Under the pieces are notes generated by a model. The model was not told the DNA's origin. It did not search any database and was given only the letters and a program-made list of their open reading frames with translations. A program made the position numbers and the translations under genes. From Candidatus Micrarchaeia archaeon (GTDB taxonomy: Archaea > Micrarchaeota > Micrarchaeia > Micrarchaeales > Micrarchaeaceae): 57,947 nt of DNA. Below, one piece after another: positions 45,554 to 55,701 of the stretch (positions are counted from its first letter, which is position 1; every line of letters begins with the position of its first letter). The stretch covers positions 1 through 57,947 of the forward strand of contig JBMFWY010000003.1 of NCBI GenBank assembly GCA_049964795.1, read 5' to 3'.

Positions 45554-45596
45554 AGAATTTTGCAGGCTTTATGTTAAATGCTCAAAAGGTAATTAT

Positions 45597-46553
45597 ATGA
45601 CTGGAAAAAAAGAAAATGAAAAGGTGCTTGGCTCTCCTGTCAAGGACCTTAGCCTAAGAAAAGACATGAAAGTTTCGGAACTGATGGAAGAAATGCGAAG
45701 GATAGGGGGCTTCTCCGCACAGCACATGGTTGAAGGCACGCAGATACTGAAGGCGATGATTTCAGACAAAAGCTCTTTCAACTTCCTCTCTTTTCCTGCT
45801 GATATTATAGCAACAGGAATCAGAGGTGCAATAGCTAGCGCAACGAAATATTTCAACGCAATAATAACCACGGGAGGCATGCTTGACCATGATATAGCAA
45901 GAGCTTCTGGAGGAATCTACAGCCTTGGCTCTTTCTACGCTGACGACGCAAAGCTCCATGAAAAAGGAGTATATAGGCTTGGCAACGTTTTCATAGAGAG
46001 GGACGAATACGGCCTTAAGCTTGAGAAAAGGTTCAACGAGATAATGGAGGATATATATACAAGCAAGGATTACAAAAAGGAATATAGCGCTAGCGAGCTT
46101 ATATACGAATTCGGGAAGAGGATCAAGGACGAAGGCTCAATAGTCAGGCAGGCATACCTTCACAATGTAAAAATTTTCAATCCAGGCATACTTGATGGTG
46201 CGTTTGGCACCCAGCTTACTATATTCTCGCAGGACCACGACTTCAAGCTGAACCTGATAAAGGATGAGATAGAGCTAAGCAACATAGTCTTCGACCATAA
46301 GGTGACAGGAGCGCTGATGGTAGGAGGAGGAATAAGCAAGCACCATGTAATATGGTGGAATCAGTTCAAGGGAGGACTGGACTATGCAGTTTATATTACG
46401 ACCGCTACGCAGTTTGATGGCAGCCTTTCTGGTGCAAGGCTTTCTGAGGCAGTGTCGTGGGGCAAGATAAAGGAAAAGGCAAGGTACACTACGATAGACG
46501 GCGATGCTACAATATTGCTGCCGTTTATGTTCTCCGCGCTGGATTTGGTATAG
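45597..46553 (+). CDS. dys: deoxyhypusine synthase
   Basis: RLGNV, GGGISKHH and DGSLSGARLSEAVSWGK (catalytic Lys present). Confidence 0.95.
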   Translation: MTGKKENEKVLGSPVKDLSLRKDMKVSELMEEMRRIGGFSAQHMVEGTQILKAMISDKSSFNFLSFPADIIATGIRGAIASATKYFNAIITTGGMLDHDIARASGGIYSLGSFYADDAKLHEKGVYRLGNVFIERDEYGLKLEKRFNEIMEDIYTSKDYKKEYSASELIYEFGKRIKDEGSIVRQAYLHNVKIFNPGILDGAFGTQLTIFSQDHDFKLNLIKDEIELSNIVFDHKVTGALMVGGGISKHHVIWWNQFKGGLDYAVYITTATQFDGSLSGARLSEAVSWGKIKEKARYTTIDGDATILLPFMFSALDLV

Positions 46554-46632
46554 GTAATTTCTTTACGGCTGCCCAAAAATTTGCAGAGCAGCTTTTTATT
46601 CTTTTTGCACTAAAGAAGTTCAGGTGGAACGG

Positions 46633-47115
46633 ATGTTTTTGAAAAAGGAAGAGAAAGAGGGAAATAAAAACAGCGAGGTATACAAGCCTGAAGAGGTAAT
46701 AAAGTCTGTGGACCGCTACATAGATATAGTGGCAAGGGAATATGAAGAGGCGATAGAGAATGAGAAAGTGCCGAACATAAGAAAGAAGCTGGAAGAAATG
46801 AGAGATTCGGTGCTTGAGTGCAAATTGGCAATGAATGGGAGGGATGCTGGAAAAAAACAGGACTTGGGGCTCTTTGACCATCTAAGATACGACAAAGATG
46901 ACTTGGGCAATGGGGATTTGCATGAAACCCTTGGTGCAGTAATAAAGCTTACTGACGAAGGTATAAAGCTGCTTGAGACAATGGCAAAAATAAAGGGCAA
47001 GGAATATAGCAACAAAGAGGTAGAAGAGAGGTTGAAAACGGCGGAAAGCTGTATGCGTAAAATAAAAAGAGGGGCGGAGGAGGAGCTTAGCGAAGCCATA
47101 GGCAACGAATGGTGA
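46633..47115 (+). CDS. hypothetical charged helical protein
   Basis: ATG after GGTGG SD; Glu/Lys-rich ORF with no motif recognised. Confidence 0.65.
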   Translation: MFLKKEEKEGNKNSEVYKPEEVIKSVDRYIDIVAREYEEAIENEKVPNIRKKLEEMRDSVLECKLAMNGRDAGKKQDLGLFDHLRYDKDDLGNGDLHETLGAVIKLTDEGIKLLETMAKIKGKEYSNKEVEERLKTAESCMRKIKRGAEEELSEAIGNEW

Positions 47116-47170
47116 GAAGCTCTCACCGAAGCAGACATTATCAGGAGCAGGATGTTTTGATTAGATAAAT

Positions 47171-47243
47171 TAGCCCCGACCGGATTCGAACCGATGTAGC
47201 AGGCTCCAAAGGCCTGCGTCCTTGGCCGCTAGACGACGGGGCT
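47171..47243 (-). tRNA. tRNA-Gln(TTG), no intron
   Basis: AGCCCCG/CGGGGCT acceptor; CAGGC-CT-TTG-GA-GCCTG anticodon arm; GTTCGAATC T loop. Confidence 0.96.
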
Positions 47244-47568
47244 GTAAGAATTCAGTGTTATATTTAGTACTTATCCTTATTTTATTCTTTTTGCTTTCTT
47301 TGCTTTGCTATGAATGCAGATTAAAAATTACACCTACAAAAAAGAAATCTAAGAGAGGAGCGACGTCAAACCTAAAAGGGTTGGAATCAAGCGACACAAA
47401 AAGCAAGCAATTAGATCTGCGTTGTTGGTAGCCTTGACGAAAAGAGCACAGGCAGCATGCAAAGGTGCTATGATTAAGGCGCAGATTAAATAATTAAGAC
47501 TTGTTCGTTCTTTGTCTAATACTACTTCGCTAAATTTAAATATTTCCTATTTAAGCTTATTGATTTAC

Positions 47569-47877
47569 ATGGCGGAAAAAACAAAAAGCATGGAAGATAT
47601 AGAAAAGGATATTGAATTTGTAACCGAAATGCAGGAACCTTACAGCGAGGACTTAGCAAAAGCGGTGCTGCACTTTCTTAGAGCGAGAGGCTATGAGATA
47701 GATGAAAGGGCAGTAAAGAAAGGTGTGGAGATCATTACGGAAATAGATAGCAGAGGTATAAACGCCAAGGATACGAAAGCAGAAGCAGTTTACTGCGTGC
47801 TAAGATGCGACAAGGAAAATGAAAATGACAACGCGTTCTGGAATTGCGCATCGTCCTGCTATGAAGGAGACAGATGA
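47569..47877 (+). CDS. hypothetical small acidic protein with two C-terminal CxxxC motifs
   Basis: ATG downstream of TTTAAAT; contains CVLRC and CASSC. Confidence 0.6.
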   Translation: MAEKTKSMEDIEKDIEFVTEMQEPYSEDLAKAVLHFLRARGYEIDERAVKKGVEIITEIDSRGINAKDTKAEAVYCVLRCDKENENDNAFWNCASSCYEGDR

Positions 47878-47891
47878 AGAGCTTAATGCAA

Positions 47892-49331
47892 TCAGTAAGA
47901 TCTTGCAAAGTTCACCATTTGTTGTGCTTCTTTTCCACAATAGATGCATTTTCTGCCTTTTTCTTTGCCTTGGGCATAAAAGGGTATATTTGTTATCTTT
48001 GCTCCTGTTTCCTCTTTGATTTTCCTTTCGCATTCGGGGCTGCCACACCACGGTGCTTGAGCGGCGCCTTTTGACCCTTTAATAACTTCCTTTAACTCAT
48101 CGTATGAATTTACTTCGTGGATATGTGCCTCCATGAATTTCTTAGCCCTTTGGTAGAGATTCTCATGGATTTCTGCAAGCAATCCTTCTACTCTTTCGCG
48201 CAACTCGCTTATGCTTACCTGCTTCTTCTCTGAAGTATCCCTTCTTGTGAGGGTAGCAGTTTTCGCCTTTAGTTCTTTTTCGCCTAGCTCTATTCTTAAA
48301 GGCACTCCGCGTAGCTCCCATTCGCTAAACTTCCACCCGGGCGAGTAAGAATCATTATCGTCTATGTATGAACGTATGCCTTCTCCCAATTTTTTCTTTA
48401 CCTCATTTGCATAGGAGAGCACTGCATTCATGTTCGAATCGTTGTATATAGGTATAATTACTACTTGCGTCGACGCTAGCTTAGGTGGAATTACCAAACC
48501 TTTGTCATCGCCGTGTATTGCGACCATGACCCCAAGTTCTCTAGTACTTATTGCAAAAGTATTCTGGTAAGCATAGGCTTTCTTGCCGTCGCGGTCGAGA
48601 AAAGAAATTTCAAAAGCTTTTGAGAATTTTTGGCCGTCGCTATGAAAATCTGGGCCTTGTATCATCCAGCCATCTGGCATGATATGCTCTATGCTATAGC
48701 TTGCCTCGGCTCCTGCAAATTTTTCACTGTCGGTCTTTCTCCCCATTATCCCTGGCAGAGCCAAATAATCCTTAAGTATGGCGCTGTATATTCCGAGTAT
48801 TTCATCTCTTTCTGCTTCGGCTTCCTCGCGGGTTGCAAAAATTGTGTGACCTTCATTCCAAAGGAACTCCCTGGATCTTAGGAATGGAGTAGGGTGCTTG
48901 AACTCCCATCTTACTACGTTATTCCACTGGTTCATGCGCAGCGGCAAGTCACGCCAAGACCTTACCCACTTTGACACTATGTCATACATTATGGTTTCAG
49001 AAGTTGGCCTCACTGCAAGCCGTTCGTCAAGCTTTGAGCTTCCGGCATGAGTCACCCATGCAACTTCAGGAGAAAAGCCTTCCACATGCTCCTTTTCCTT
49101 TTCAAGCAGATGTTCTGGGATAAAAAGAGGGAAATACATATCTTGTATGCCCGCTTTCTTAAATAAGGCATCGGTAGCGCTCCTTATCGTGTCCCACGCG
49201 AAATAACTTGGTGCCCTAAATACTATTACTCCAGAGACAGGGGAATAATCTATGAACTTCGAATCTATCAAAACTCTTGTGTACCATTCCGAAAAATTCT
49301 CGTTTTTCTTTGGCCTTTTCTGATCTGACAA
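47892..49331 (-). CDS. proS: prolyl-tRNA synthetase (archaeal/eukaryotic type)
   Basis: RPTSET, VRWE, FLRSREFLWNEGH, C-terminal Zn Cys residues and FARSY end. TTG start. Confidence 0.97.
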   Translation of the reverse strand: MSDQKRPKKNENFSEWYTRVLIDSKFIDYSPVSGVIVFRAPSYFAWDTIRSATDALFKKAGIQDMYFPLFIPEHLLEKEKEHVEGFSPEVAWVTHAGSSKLDERLAVRPTSETIMYDIVSKWVRSWRDLPLRMNQWNNVVRWEFKHPTPFLRSREFLWNEGHTIFATREEAEAERDEILGIYSAILKDYLALPGIMGRKTDSEKFAGAEASYSIEHIMPDGWMIQGPDFHSDGQKFSKAFEISFLDRDGKKAYAYQNTFAISTRELGVMVAIHGDDKGLVIPPKLASTQVVIIPIYNDSNMNAVLSYANEVKKKLGEGIRSYIDDNDSYSPGWKFSEWELRGVPLRIELGEKELKAKTATLTRRDTSEKKQVSISELRERVEGLLAEIHENLYQRAKKFMEAHIHEVNSYDELKEVIKGSKGAAQAPWCGSPECERKIKEETGAKITNIPFYAQGKEKGRKCIYCGKEAQQMVNFARSY

Positions 49332-50183
49332 TCAAACACCCTGGCGCTCAAACAAAGACTTTATTATTAATGATAAGTGCCCTGCTTCCCTAAGCCTCCT
49401 ATAGGAATAACTTATCCACTTGTCTCCGAAAGGTATGTATACTGAAACACTTTCTCCTTTAGCTGCAAGCTCTTTGAGATACCTGTTCCTTACTCCTTTT
49501 AGCATTGCATAAGTAACCTCTCTTTTATATCGTGAGTTAAGCTTTAATGCCTTTTCTATAATGGCAAGATCGTGCGTTGCTATAGTGAACTTGCTAAAAT
49601 GCTTGAAAAGGTACTCCATCAGCTTTAGGTAGTTGCTGTTTATCTCTTCTCGTGTGCTATACATGGCGCTTGTGAGCGAATATGCGCCTTTAACCAGCCT
49701 AATTACTGCCTTTTGCCTGGCAAGAAGCCTTAGATCTCCGGAGCTCCTCTTTAAGTAGGACTGTATGCATATGCCAACCCCGTTGTAGGAGAACTCTTTT
49801 GAATAGAGGTGCACAACCTTCCCGACTGTTTCAGGCTCTTCCATGTCTATCCATACAAAAATACCAAACTTTTTGGCCTCCCTTAAAATCATCTTCAAGT
49901 TTGAAGCAAAAAGCTGTTCGCTTACGAGCAAGCCAAGTTGCGTCGGCTTTACGGATATGTCAGCATTTACCCCGCCAGACTTTATAGCATGAATAGCTTC
50001 CTTTATTTTAGCGATTGCCTCTTCTGCATCTTCTTCTCTTTGAAACTCTTCGCCGAGATAATTTATTATCGCCTTTACCCCTATGCGATTGAACTTTTGG
50101 GCTTCTCTGACTGCGTCCTCAACCCTAGCGCCGGCTATCCATCTTCCAGCGAAGATCTTCTCTAAACTTTCAGAGCACCCCAT
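49332..50183 (-). CDS. monofunctional proline dehydrogenase
   Basis: SVKPTQLG, WIDME, RLVKGAY, ATHD and YSYRRLRE motifs. Confidence 0.9.
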   Translation of the reverse strand: MGCSESLEKIFAGRWIAGARVEDAVREAQKFNRIGVKAIINYLGEEFQREEDAEEAIAKIKEAIHAIKSGGVNADISVKPTQLGLLVSEQLFASNLKMILREAKKFGIFVWIDMEEPETVGKVVHLYSKEFSYNGVGICIQSYLKRSSGDLRLLARQKAVIRLVKGAYSLTSAMYSTREEINSNYLKLMEYLFKHFSKFTIATHDLAIIEKALKLNSRYKREVTYAMLKGVRNRYLKELAAKGESVSVYIPFGDKWISYSYRRLREAGHLSLIIKSLFERQGV

Positions 50184-50825
50184 TCAATCAAGCCTCACGC
50201 CCAACTTTTTAAGATCTTTTTCAAGCTTGCCTGACCCCGTGAAAAGCAGACCTTTTATACCTACAACTTCAGCACCCAGCACGTTTTCTTTTAAATTGTC
50301 TATGAATATAGCTTCTTCTGGCTTAACCCTCATTTTCCGCAGAACATATAGGTAGATCTTTCTTTCAGGCTTCCTTGTTTTAAGGAAGCATGACGCAAAG
50401 TACCTTTCAAAGCTATCTTTCCTCACTATTTTAAGCGATTGATAATACCTGCTTCTTGAAATATTCGAAAGTATGACTACTTTGTACCTTTTTCTAAGCT
50501 TCTTCATTATTCTGTAAACACCGTAATCTAGACTGGAAAGACTATAGAAGCGCTCTCCCCATTTTACCACGTCTTTTGGTATGCCTAGCCTTTTTGATAT
50601 TATATCATTGAATCTTTCAAGCGATAGCTTCCCTAAATCAAGCTTGGGATCAAGAGATTTTACCAAAGTTAGAATTTTCTTTGCAGGCACTCTTGTCTCG
50701 TTGCTAAGTTCTTTTGCATACCAGGCTTCTGAGTATCTTATTACCACTCCCCCAAGATCAAAAATGACCAACTTGGTGCTTTCCCTTCTCGCTCCGAGTT
50801 GATCGGCTACACTATTACTTTTCAT
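50184..50825 (-). CDS. HAD-superfamily hydrolase (YihX-like)
   Basis: FDLGGV, LSN, RKP and FIDN motifs. Confidence 0.88.
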   Translation of the reverse strand: MKSNSVADQLGARRESTKLVIFDLGGVVIRYSEAWYAKELSNETRVPAKKILTLVKSLDPKLDLGKLSLERFNDIISKRLGIPKDVVKWGERFYSLSSLDYGVYRIMKKLRKRYKVVILSNISRSRYYQSLKIVRKDSFERYFASCFLKTRKPERKIYLYVLRKMRVKPEEAIFIDNLKENVLGAEVVGIKGLLFTGSGKLEKDLKKLGVRLD

Positions 50826-50881
50826 TGAATCAATATCCTATGCAAAAGAATGCATAAATAAGTTTTGAAACAATCCAGATT

Positions 50882-51805
50882 ATGGAAAAAATAGTGATTG
50901 CACTAGGAGGCAATGCGCTTTTGAACGCTAAGGGGAGCCAGAAATTGTCAAAGGAGATGCATGCTACAGAAAAGGCAATGACGGCGATTGCGGATTTTGC
51001 TAGGAAAAGCGATGCCATGATAGTTATAACTCATGGCAATGGGACTCAGGTTGGCGATGAACTCCTTAAGAACGAGTTGCAAAAGAAAGTACCCAAGCTG
51101 CCGCTGTACCTTCTCAATGCTGAAACGGAGGGTTCAATAGGTTCTAGTTTAGAGATAGCGCTCAGAAATGCGCTTGAAAAGAAAGGAGTAAGAAGTAATG
51201 TCTGCGCATTGTTGACGCATGTGGTTGTAAAAAGCAATGACAAGGCTTTCGACAACCCTACAAAGCCCGTTGGGCCATTCTATACAAAGGCACAGTTAAG
51301 CTCTCTCTTTGGCAATCAAAGATTCGATTATGTAAAAGAGAAACAAGGCTACAGAAGAGTAGTTCCGTCTCCATTCCCAAAAGAGATATTGGAAATAGAT
51401 TCTATTGAAAAAGAGCTTGCAAGTGGAAAGATAGTTATTGCAGCTGGTGGGGGAGGAATACCTGTCATAAGAAAGGGCAAAGCATACTTTGGGATAGATG
51501 CTGTAATAGACAAAGATCTTGCAAGCATGGTACTTGCCAATGCTATAGGAGCAAAGAAGCTTGTTATATTGACCAATGCAGATTTTGTCTATAGGGATTA
51601 CAAAAAAAAGAGAGGGGCGATTAGGAGCATTGAGGTAAAAGAGATTAAAAAGATGCTGAAATATCTTGAAGAAGGCACCATTAAGCCTAAAGTAGAAGCA
51701 TGCGTTGGATTTGTTGAGAAAGGAAAAGGCAGGGTTGCGTATATAGGTAACTTAAGCGTGCTAGACAAAGTGCTCCAGGGCAAGGCCGGCACTAAAATAT
51801 ACTAA
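50882..51805 (+). CDS. arcC: carbamate kinase
   Basis: ALGGNA, THGNG.QVG, PTKPVG, RRVVPSP, GGGGIPV and AVIDKD motifs. Confidence 0.93.
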   Translation: MEKIVIALGGNALLNAKGSQKLSKEMHATEKAMTAIADFARKSDAMIVITHGNGTQVGDELLKNELQKKVPKLPLYLLNAETEGSIGSSLEIALRNALEKKGVRSNVCALLTHVVVKSNDKAFDNPTKPVGPFYTKAQLSSLFGNQRFDYVKEKQGYRRVVPSPFPKEILEIDSIEKELASGKIVIAAGGGGIPVIRKGKAYFGIDAVIDKDLASMVLANAIGAKKLVILTNADFVYRDYKKKRGAIRSIEVKEIKKMLKYLEEGTIKPKVEACVGFVEKGKGRVAYIGNLSVLDKVLQGKAGTKIY

Positions 51806-51817
51806 TAGGGTTTGGAG

Positions 51818-52648
51818 TTATTCCTGCTTGCCAAAATCAAACTTTGTGCACTCTACTACCTCACCTATTAGCGCATTGAAAAGTTTGCCTGGCTTGCTGC
51901 CATTAAGTATAAATCCTTGGCTGCCTGTGCTCTTTGCTATATCGCTAAGAAGTGCAACTTTCGCGTTCATCCCTCCTGTGACATCGACTTTATGGGCCGA
52001 ACCTGCAGCGCCGAGTATTTCATGCAAATTGCTTTCATTTACCAGAGGAAGCAACTTAGCATCGCCGTACTTGAACGGATCCTTGTCAAAAACGCCGTCC
52101 ACGTCAGTGGCAAGAACTACTTTCTTCACAGGGAAATGCTTGGAAAGAATGCGGAAGATCTCCTCTGTTGAAGCTATCGAAACGCCTTTTTCAAGATCCA
52201 TTACCACATCCCCATAAATTATAGGTGTTAACCCGTAATCGAATGCATTCTTTATTACCTCTACTTCAGCGCGTTCAGCCTTGCCAGATCTTGATAGGAT
52301 AAAGCTAGACGGATCAAAAGGGAAGACGTCGAAACCTGCTTCGATAGCTGCATTTACCATTATAGTATTAAGCTCGCGCGCCGAAAGCTTTACTAGTGCA
52401 GCGCCTTTCCTGCTTTCTTCGTTTATTATGCCCTCGTTTACCCTGTACTTTTTTGCTGGAATATGTGGAAAAGAACCTCCACCATGCCCTATTATAACGT
52501 CAAATCCCTTTTTTTCTCTTGCCTCTTTTATTTCGCGAAGCAGCCTTACAATATCTTCCTTCTTTGCAACTCCTGGCTTATCTGTATCCGTTATCACTGC
52601 TCCGCCAAGTTTTACCATATAAAGATCTTTCCCATTCCACGAACTCAT
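51818..52648 (-). CDS. ipk: isopentenyl phosphate kinase
   Basis: KLGGAVIT, HGGGSFPH, GDVV and DVTGGM..K motifs; in an operon with mevalonate genes. Confidence 0.9.
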   Translation of the reverse strand: MSSWNGKDLYMVKLGGAVITDTDKPGVAKKEDIVRLLREIKEAREKKGFDVIIGHGGGSFPHIPAKKYRVNEGIINEESRKGAALVKLSARELNTIMVNAAIEAGFDVFPFDPSSFILSRSGKAERAEVEVIKNAFDYGLTPIIYGDVVMDLEKGVSIASTEEIFRILSKHFPVKKVVLATDVDGVFDKDPFKYGDAKLLPLVNESNLHEILGAAGSAHKVDVTGGMNAKVALLSDIAKSTGSQGFILNGSKPGKLFNALIGEVVECTKFDFGKQE

Positions 52649-52649
52649 G

Positions 52650-53699
52650 TCATACACCCTTTAGTATATCTTCGCTTATGAGAGACTCATCCTTATCGAG
52701 AAGAGTAGGGGCACCTCCTGCATGTGCTTCGATAAAGCTTATACTGGGAACGGCTTCACGCACTGCCTTCTTTATTTCACTTAAGTAGCGGTCTTCAGTT
52801 ATTATATGCACATTGGGACCTGCATCCAAAGTGTACGCAGAGATGTTTTTCCCGTAAGACGAGTTTACCTCTTGGACCTTTTCTATTACAAGCCAGGAAA
52901 GGTCGTTTATGTAATGTATTGGTGGAAACGAATCGAGCATTACAGCGTGCATGTTATTGCTTTCCCTCATTATGAGATCAAAAAGGCCGTGTGCATCCCT
53001 ATTTATTATAAAATGTATAGCCTTGTTTACATGCTCTTCTGCTATACGCGGCCTCAAAGAATACATGCTGCTCGTATTTGTAGTGATGACGTGGCCTTGA
53101 CTGGATGAAATCTTTTTTTCGCCGGATGAGATTAGTGCTATTAAATCCACGATGCCGGGCCAGTGATTTTCACCGCATATTGGTTCTGCATAAGATTCTT
53201 CGCTTTTGTCCGAGGCATGCCAGATCACAAAGCCCCCAAACATGCTCCTGCTTCCGCTTCCACTTATTTTTCGCGCGAATATAGACAGCTCCTTTGAAGA
53301 AAGATTAAGTTCCAAAGCTGCGTTTGCTGCATATACCAAAGCTGCAGCGCCAGACGCGCTGGACGCCATGCCTGCTGAAGTAGGAAAGTTGTTTTTCGAT
53401 ACCACTATGGCGTTAGAAGAAGTACCAGCGAGCTTTTTCATTTGGTCCAAAATTTCAAAAAGTTTATGAGATTTTTTGTTTTCGCTTAAATTTTGAACTT
53501 CAAAACCGTTAATGTAAATCTTATCATTATTGAACTTTTTTGAGAATACGATGCTTGTTGCAGTACTGACATTCCTATCAAGAGTCATACTCACAGAAGA
53601 ATTTAAAGGTAAATTGTCTTCTTTTTTGCCCCAATACTTTACTAATGCTATATTCGAATTGGCAGATGCAGTATAAACTTCCCTCTCCATTAAAACCAT
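52650..53699 (-). CDS. mvaD: mevalonate 5-(di)phosphate decarboxylase family protein
   Basis: NIALVKYWGK, PTSAGMASSAS, SGSGSRS and DAGPNVH motifs. Confidence 0.88.
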   Translation of the reverse strand: MVLMEREVYTASANSNIALVKYWGKKEDNLPLNSSVSMTLDRNVSTATSIVFSKKFNNDKIYINGFEVQNLSENKKSHKLFEILDQMKKLAGTSSNAIVVSKNNFPTSAGMASSASGAAALVYAANAALELNLSSKELSIFARKISGSGSRSMFGGFVIWHASDKSEESYAEPICGENHWPGIVDLIALISSGEKKISSSQGHVITTNTSSMYSLRPRIAEEHVNKAIHFIINRDAHGLFDLIMRESNNMHAVMLDSFPPIHYINDLSWLVIEKVQEVNSSYGKNISAYTLDAGPNVHIITEDRYLSEIKKAVREAVPSISFIEAHAGGAPTLLDKDESLISEDILKGV

Positions 53700-53701
53700 T
53701 C

Positions 53702-54781
53702 TTATAATAGACTTTTTGTTCTTTCATTTTCTACAAGCTTGATGACGTTGCCCAAGCTACTTTTTGCTCCTTTAGGCGCTACGGTGGTATTATATATAGG
53801 CATACCTATGTTCCTAAATGCTTCCGTTATGGCAGGTATTTTATCCTCAGGAGCGATTGCAATTATAATACCTCCGCCACCCCCACCACTTAGTTTTGCC
53901 CCAAAAGCGCCCTTTTTCACTGCCAAATCTACTGCTGCGTCGAGTGAAGGTGTAGAAACGCCGATCTCGCCCAGCAACCTGTGGTTCTCCAGCATATGCT
54001 GCCCCACGAGCTCATAATCGCCTTTACTCAACGCTGAGAGCCCTTCCTTAGAGCATTTGCCTATTTCCGAAAGTATGGCACTGACTTTATCCTTCTCTTT
54101 AGCATACAATTCTGAAACATGACCGACGGTTTCCGCTGTGCTCTTCTTTGGTCCTGTGTCTATTATAAGAAAGTTGCCTGGAGGCAAGTCATGCTGATTT
54201 ACCCCAGTATTTTTACTGTAGCTTACATAGCCCCCATAGTATATCGTGCTTACATCTATCATGCCTGCACTTTTATTTCTGTGCGCTATTCTCTCGCCTG
54301 TACGAGCAATCTCCATTATTTTATTATCATCAAGATTTAGCGAGAAGTAATTGACTAGAGATATAGTAAAGGCAGTAAAGCAAGCAGCGCTGCTTGCAAG
54401 CCCTTTGCCTAATGGTATGTTTGAACGTATTGATGCTTTGATCCCTGAAATGTCCACGCCATATATACTCTCGAGTTGTGCTGCTATAGTCAGGTAAGGC
54501 AGAGGCTTCCCATTAAACATTTTAGTGAAACTTTCAAAACCATGGTATTGATAAGCAGAATAAAAAGCTTCTATTTCTACTGCACGTCTTTTTAAATCAA
54601 GCTCCAAATCTTGCAGCGAAAGCTCAAAGTAATCAGGGTGGCCTTTTATACTTTCAACATGCGAGTATGCATACATGTTAAGCGCAGCACCTAAAGATAA
54701 TTCGCCGTAGATTGCAGCGTGCTCTCCAAAAAGCTTCGCAGCTGCAGGTGCATAGGCTACTGCCACTTTTTTGCTTTCCAT
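53702..54781 (-). CDS. mvk: mevalonate kinase
   Basis: KLFGEHA, PLGKGLASSAA and GAKLSGGGGGG motifs. Confidence 0.88.
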   Translation of the reverse strand: MESKKVAVAYAPAAAKLFGEHAAIYGELSLGAALNMYAYSHVESIKGHPDYFELSLQDLELDLKRRAVEIEAFYSAYQYHGFESFTKMFNGKPLPYLTIAAQLESIYGVDISGIKASIRSNIPLGKGLASSAACFTAFTISLVNYFSLNLDDNKIMEIARTGERIAHRNKSAGMIDVSTIYYGGYVSYSKNTGVNQHDLPPGNFLIIDTGPKKSTAETVGHVSELYAKEKDKVSAILSEIGKCSKEGLSALSKGDYELVGQHMLENHRLLGEIGVSTPSLDAAVDLAVKKGAFGAKLSGGGGGGIIIAIAPEDKIPAITEAFRNIGMPIYNTTVAPKGAKSSLGNVIKLVENERTKSLL

Positions 54782-54874
54782 AAAAACATCAGATTTTGAC
54801 AAAATTCTTTTATTTTTCCACATATTTATATGTTGGCAGGTATATGGCTTGCTGACGAAAAAGAGGCTCGCAAA

Positions 54875-55690
54875 CTAGCTAAACCGCAATATCTGCTTCA
54901 CGTAGTTCTGGCTGCATATGCTCCTCGGAGTGTAATTATCTATTGAGCATATCTGAGCGGTAAATATATTTGCACTGCCTATTATTGCTTGCGAAACTTG
55001 CGAATTAGGGTTGTTTAGTTCCTGGATTATCTGGCTCCACGTAAGCTTGTTTATAAGCGTGGGGCTAAACTCTGCACCATTCTGCACGCTTTTGTTGGCG
55101 AAATCCACAAAAGGTATACCTCCGCGCTCACTTGAAGGTAAAGCAGGATTGTTGAGGTTATACTTGTTAAATGTGGCGTTTTCAAGACTGTCAGGATAAG
55201 AAAGAGGCGTATAGTTCCTCGTAAGGGTTTCCACTCCTGCAAAGTATATTAAATTGCTGAAGTAAGAAGAATTGTAGAATGTAAAAGTGGGAGTGCTAGG
55301 CGCATAATCAGTTGGACTTGACTCCATATAATGCAATGAGGTGAAATTGCCGAACCGCATTAATGCTATTATGAGGGCCCAGCGCGTAGCGGCACAAAAT
55401 GGGCAGTAATCTGCACCGATGTATATTATTGTAGGCTTGCCATTGGTGTATATGGGTGTACCGTTTTCAAGCGTTGGAAGATTTCCTGCAGAGCCACTGC
55501 CGACTGCGCTTGCAAGCGTCTGGTTCATTGCAATATCTTTAAGTTGCGAAAGGGTTGTGTTTGAAACAGGAGCGCCGACTAGAGCTGAAGAGCTTGCAGG
55601 CTTCGTATTAAGGTATGCCGCAACTACTGCCACTACAATCAATATTAATATTGCGAAGTACGTTGTTGCATTTTTCTTTTTCTGATCCAA
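54875..55690 (-). CDS. DUF929-like membrane-anchored thioredoxin-fold protein
   Basis: N-terminal [17 protein letters not shown] and IPFVDF motifs. Confidence 0.82.
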   Translation of the reverse strand: MDQKKKNATTYFAILILIVVAVVAAYLNTKPASSSALVGAPVSNTTLSQLKDIAMNQTLASAVGSGSAGNLPTLENGTPIYTNGKPTIIYIGADYCPFCAATRWALIIALMRFGNFTSLHYMESSPTDYAPSTPTFTFYNSSYFSNLIYFAGVETLTRNYTPLSYPDSLENATFNKYNLNNPALPSSERGGIPFVDFANKSVQNGAEFSPTLINKLTWSQIIQELNNPNSQVSQAIIGSANIFTAQICSIDNYTPRSICSQNYVKQILRFS

Positions 55691-55701
55691 TTCAACACCT
55701 T

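Noticed and set aside
46560-47890. Integrated element at tRNA-Gln
   Set aside because: No integrase and no duplicated tRNA 3' end found by eye.
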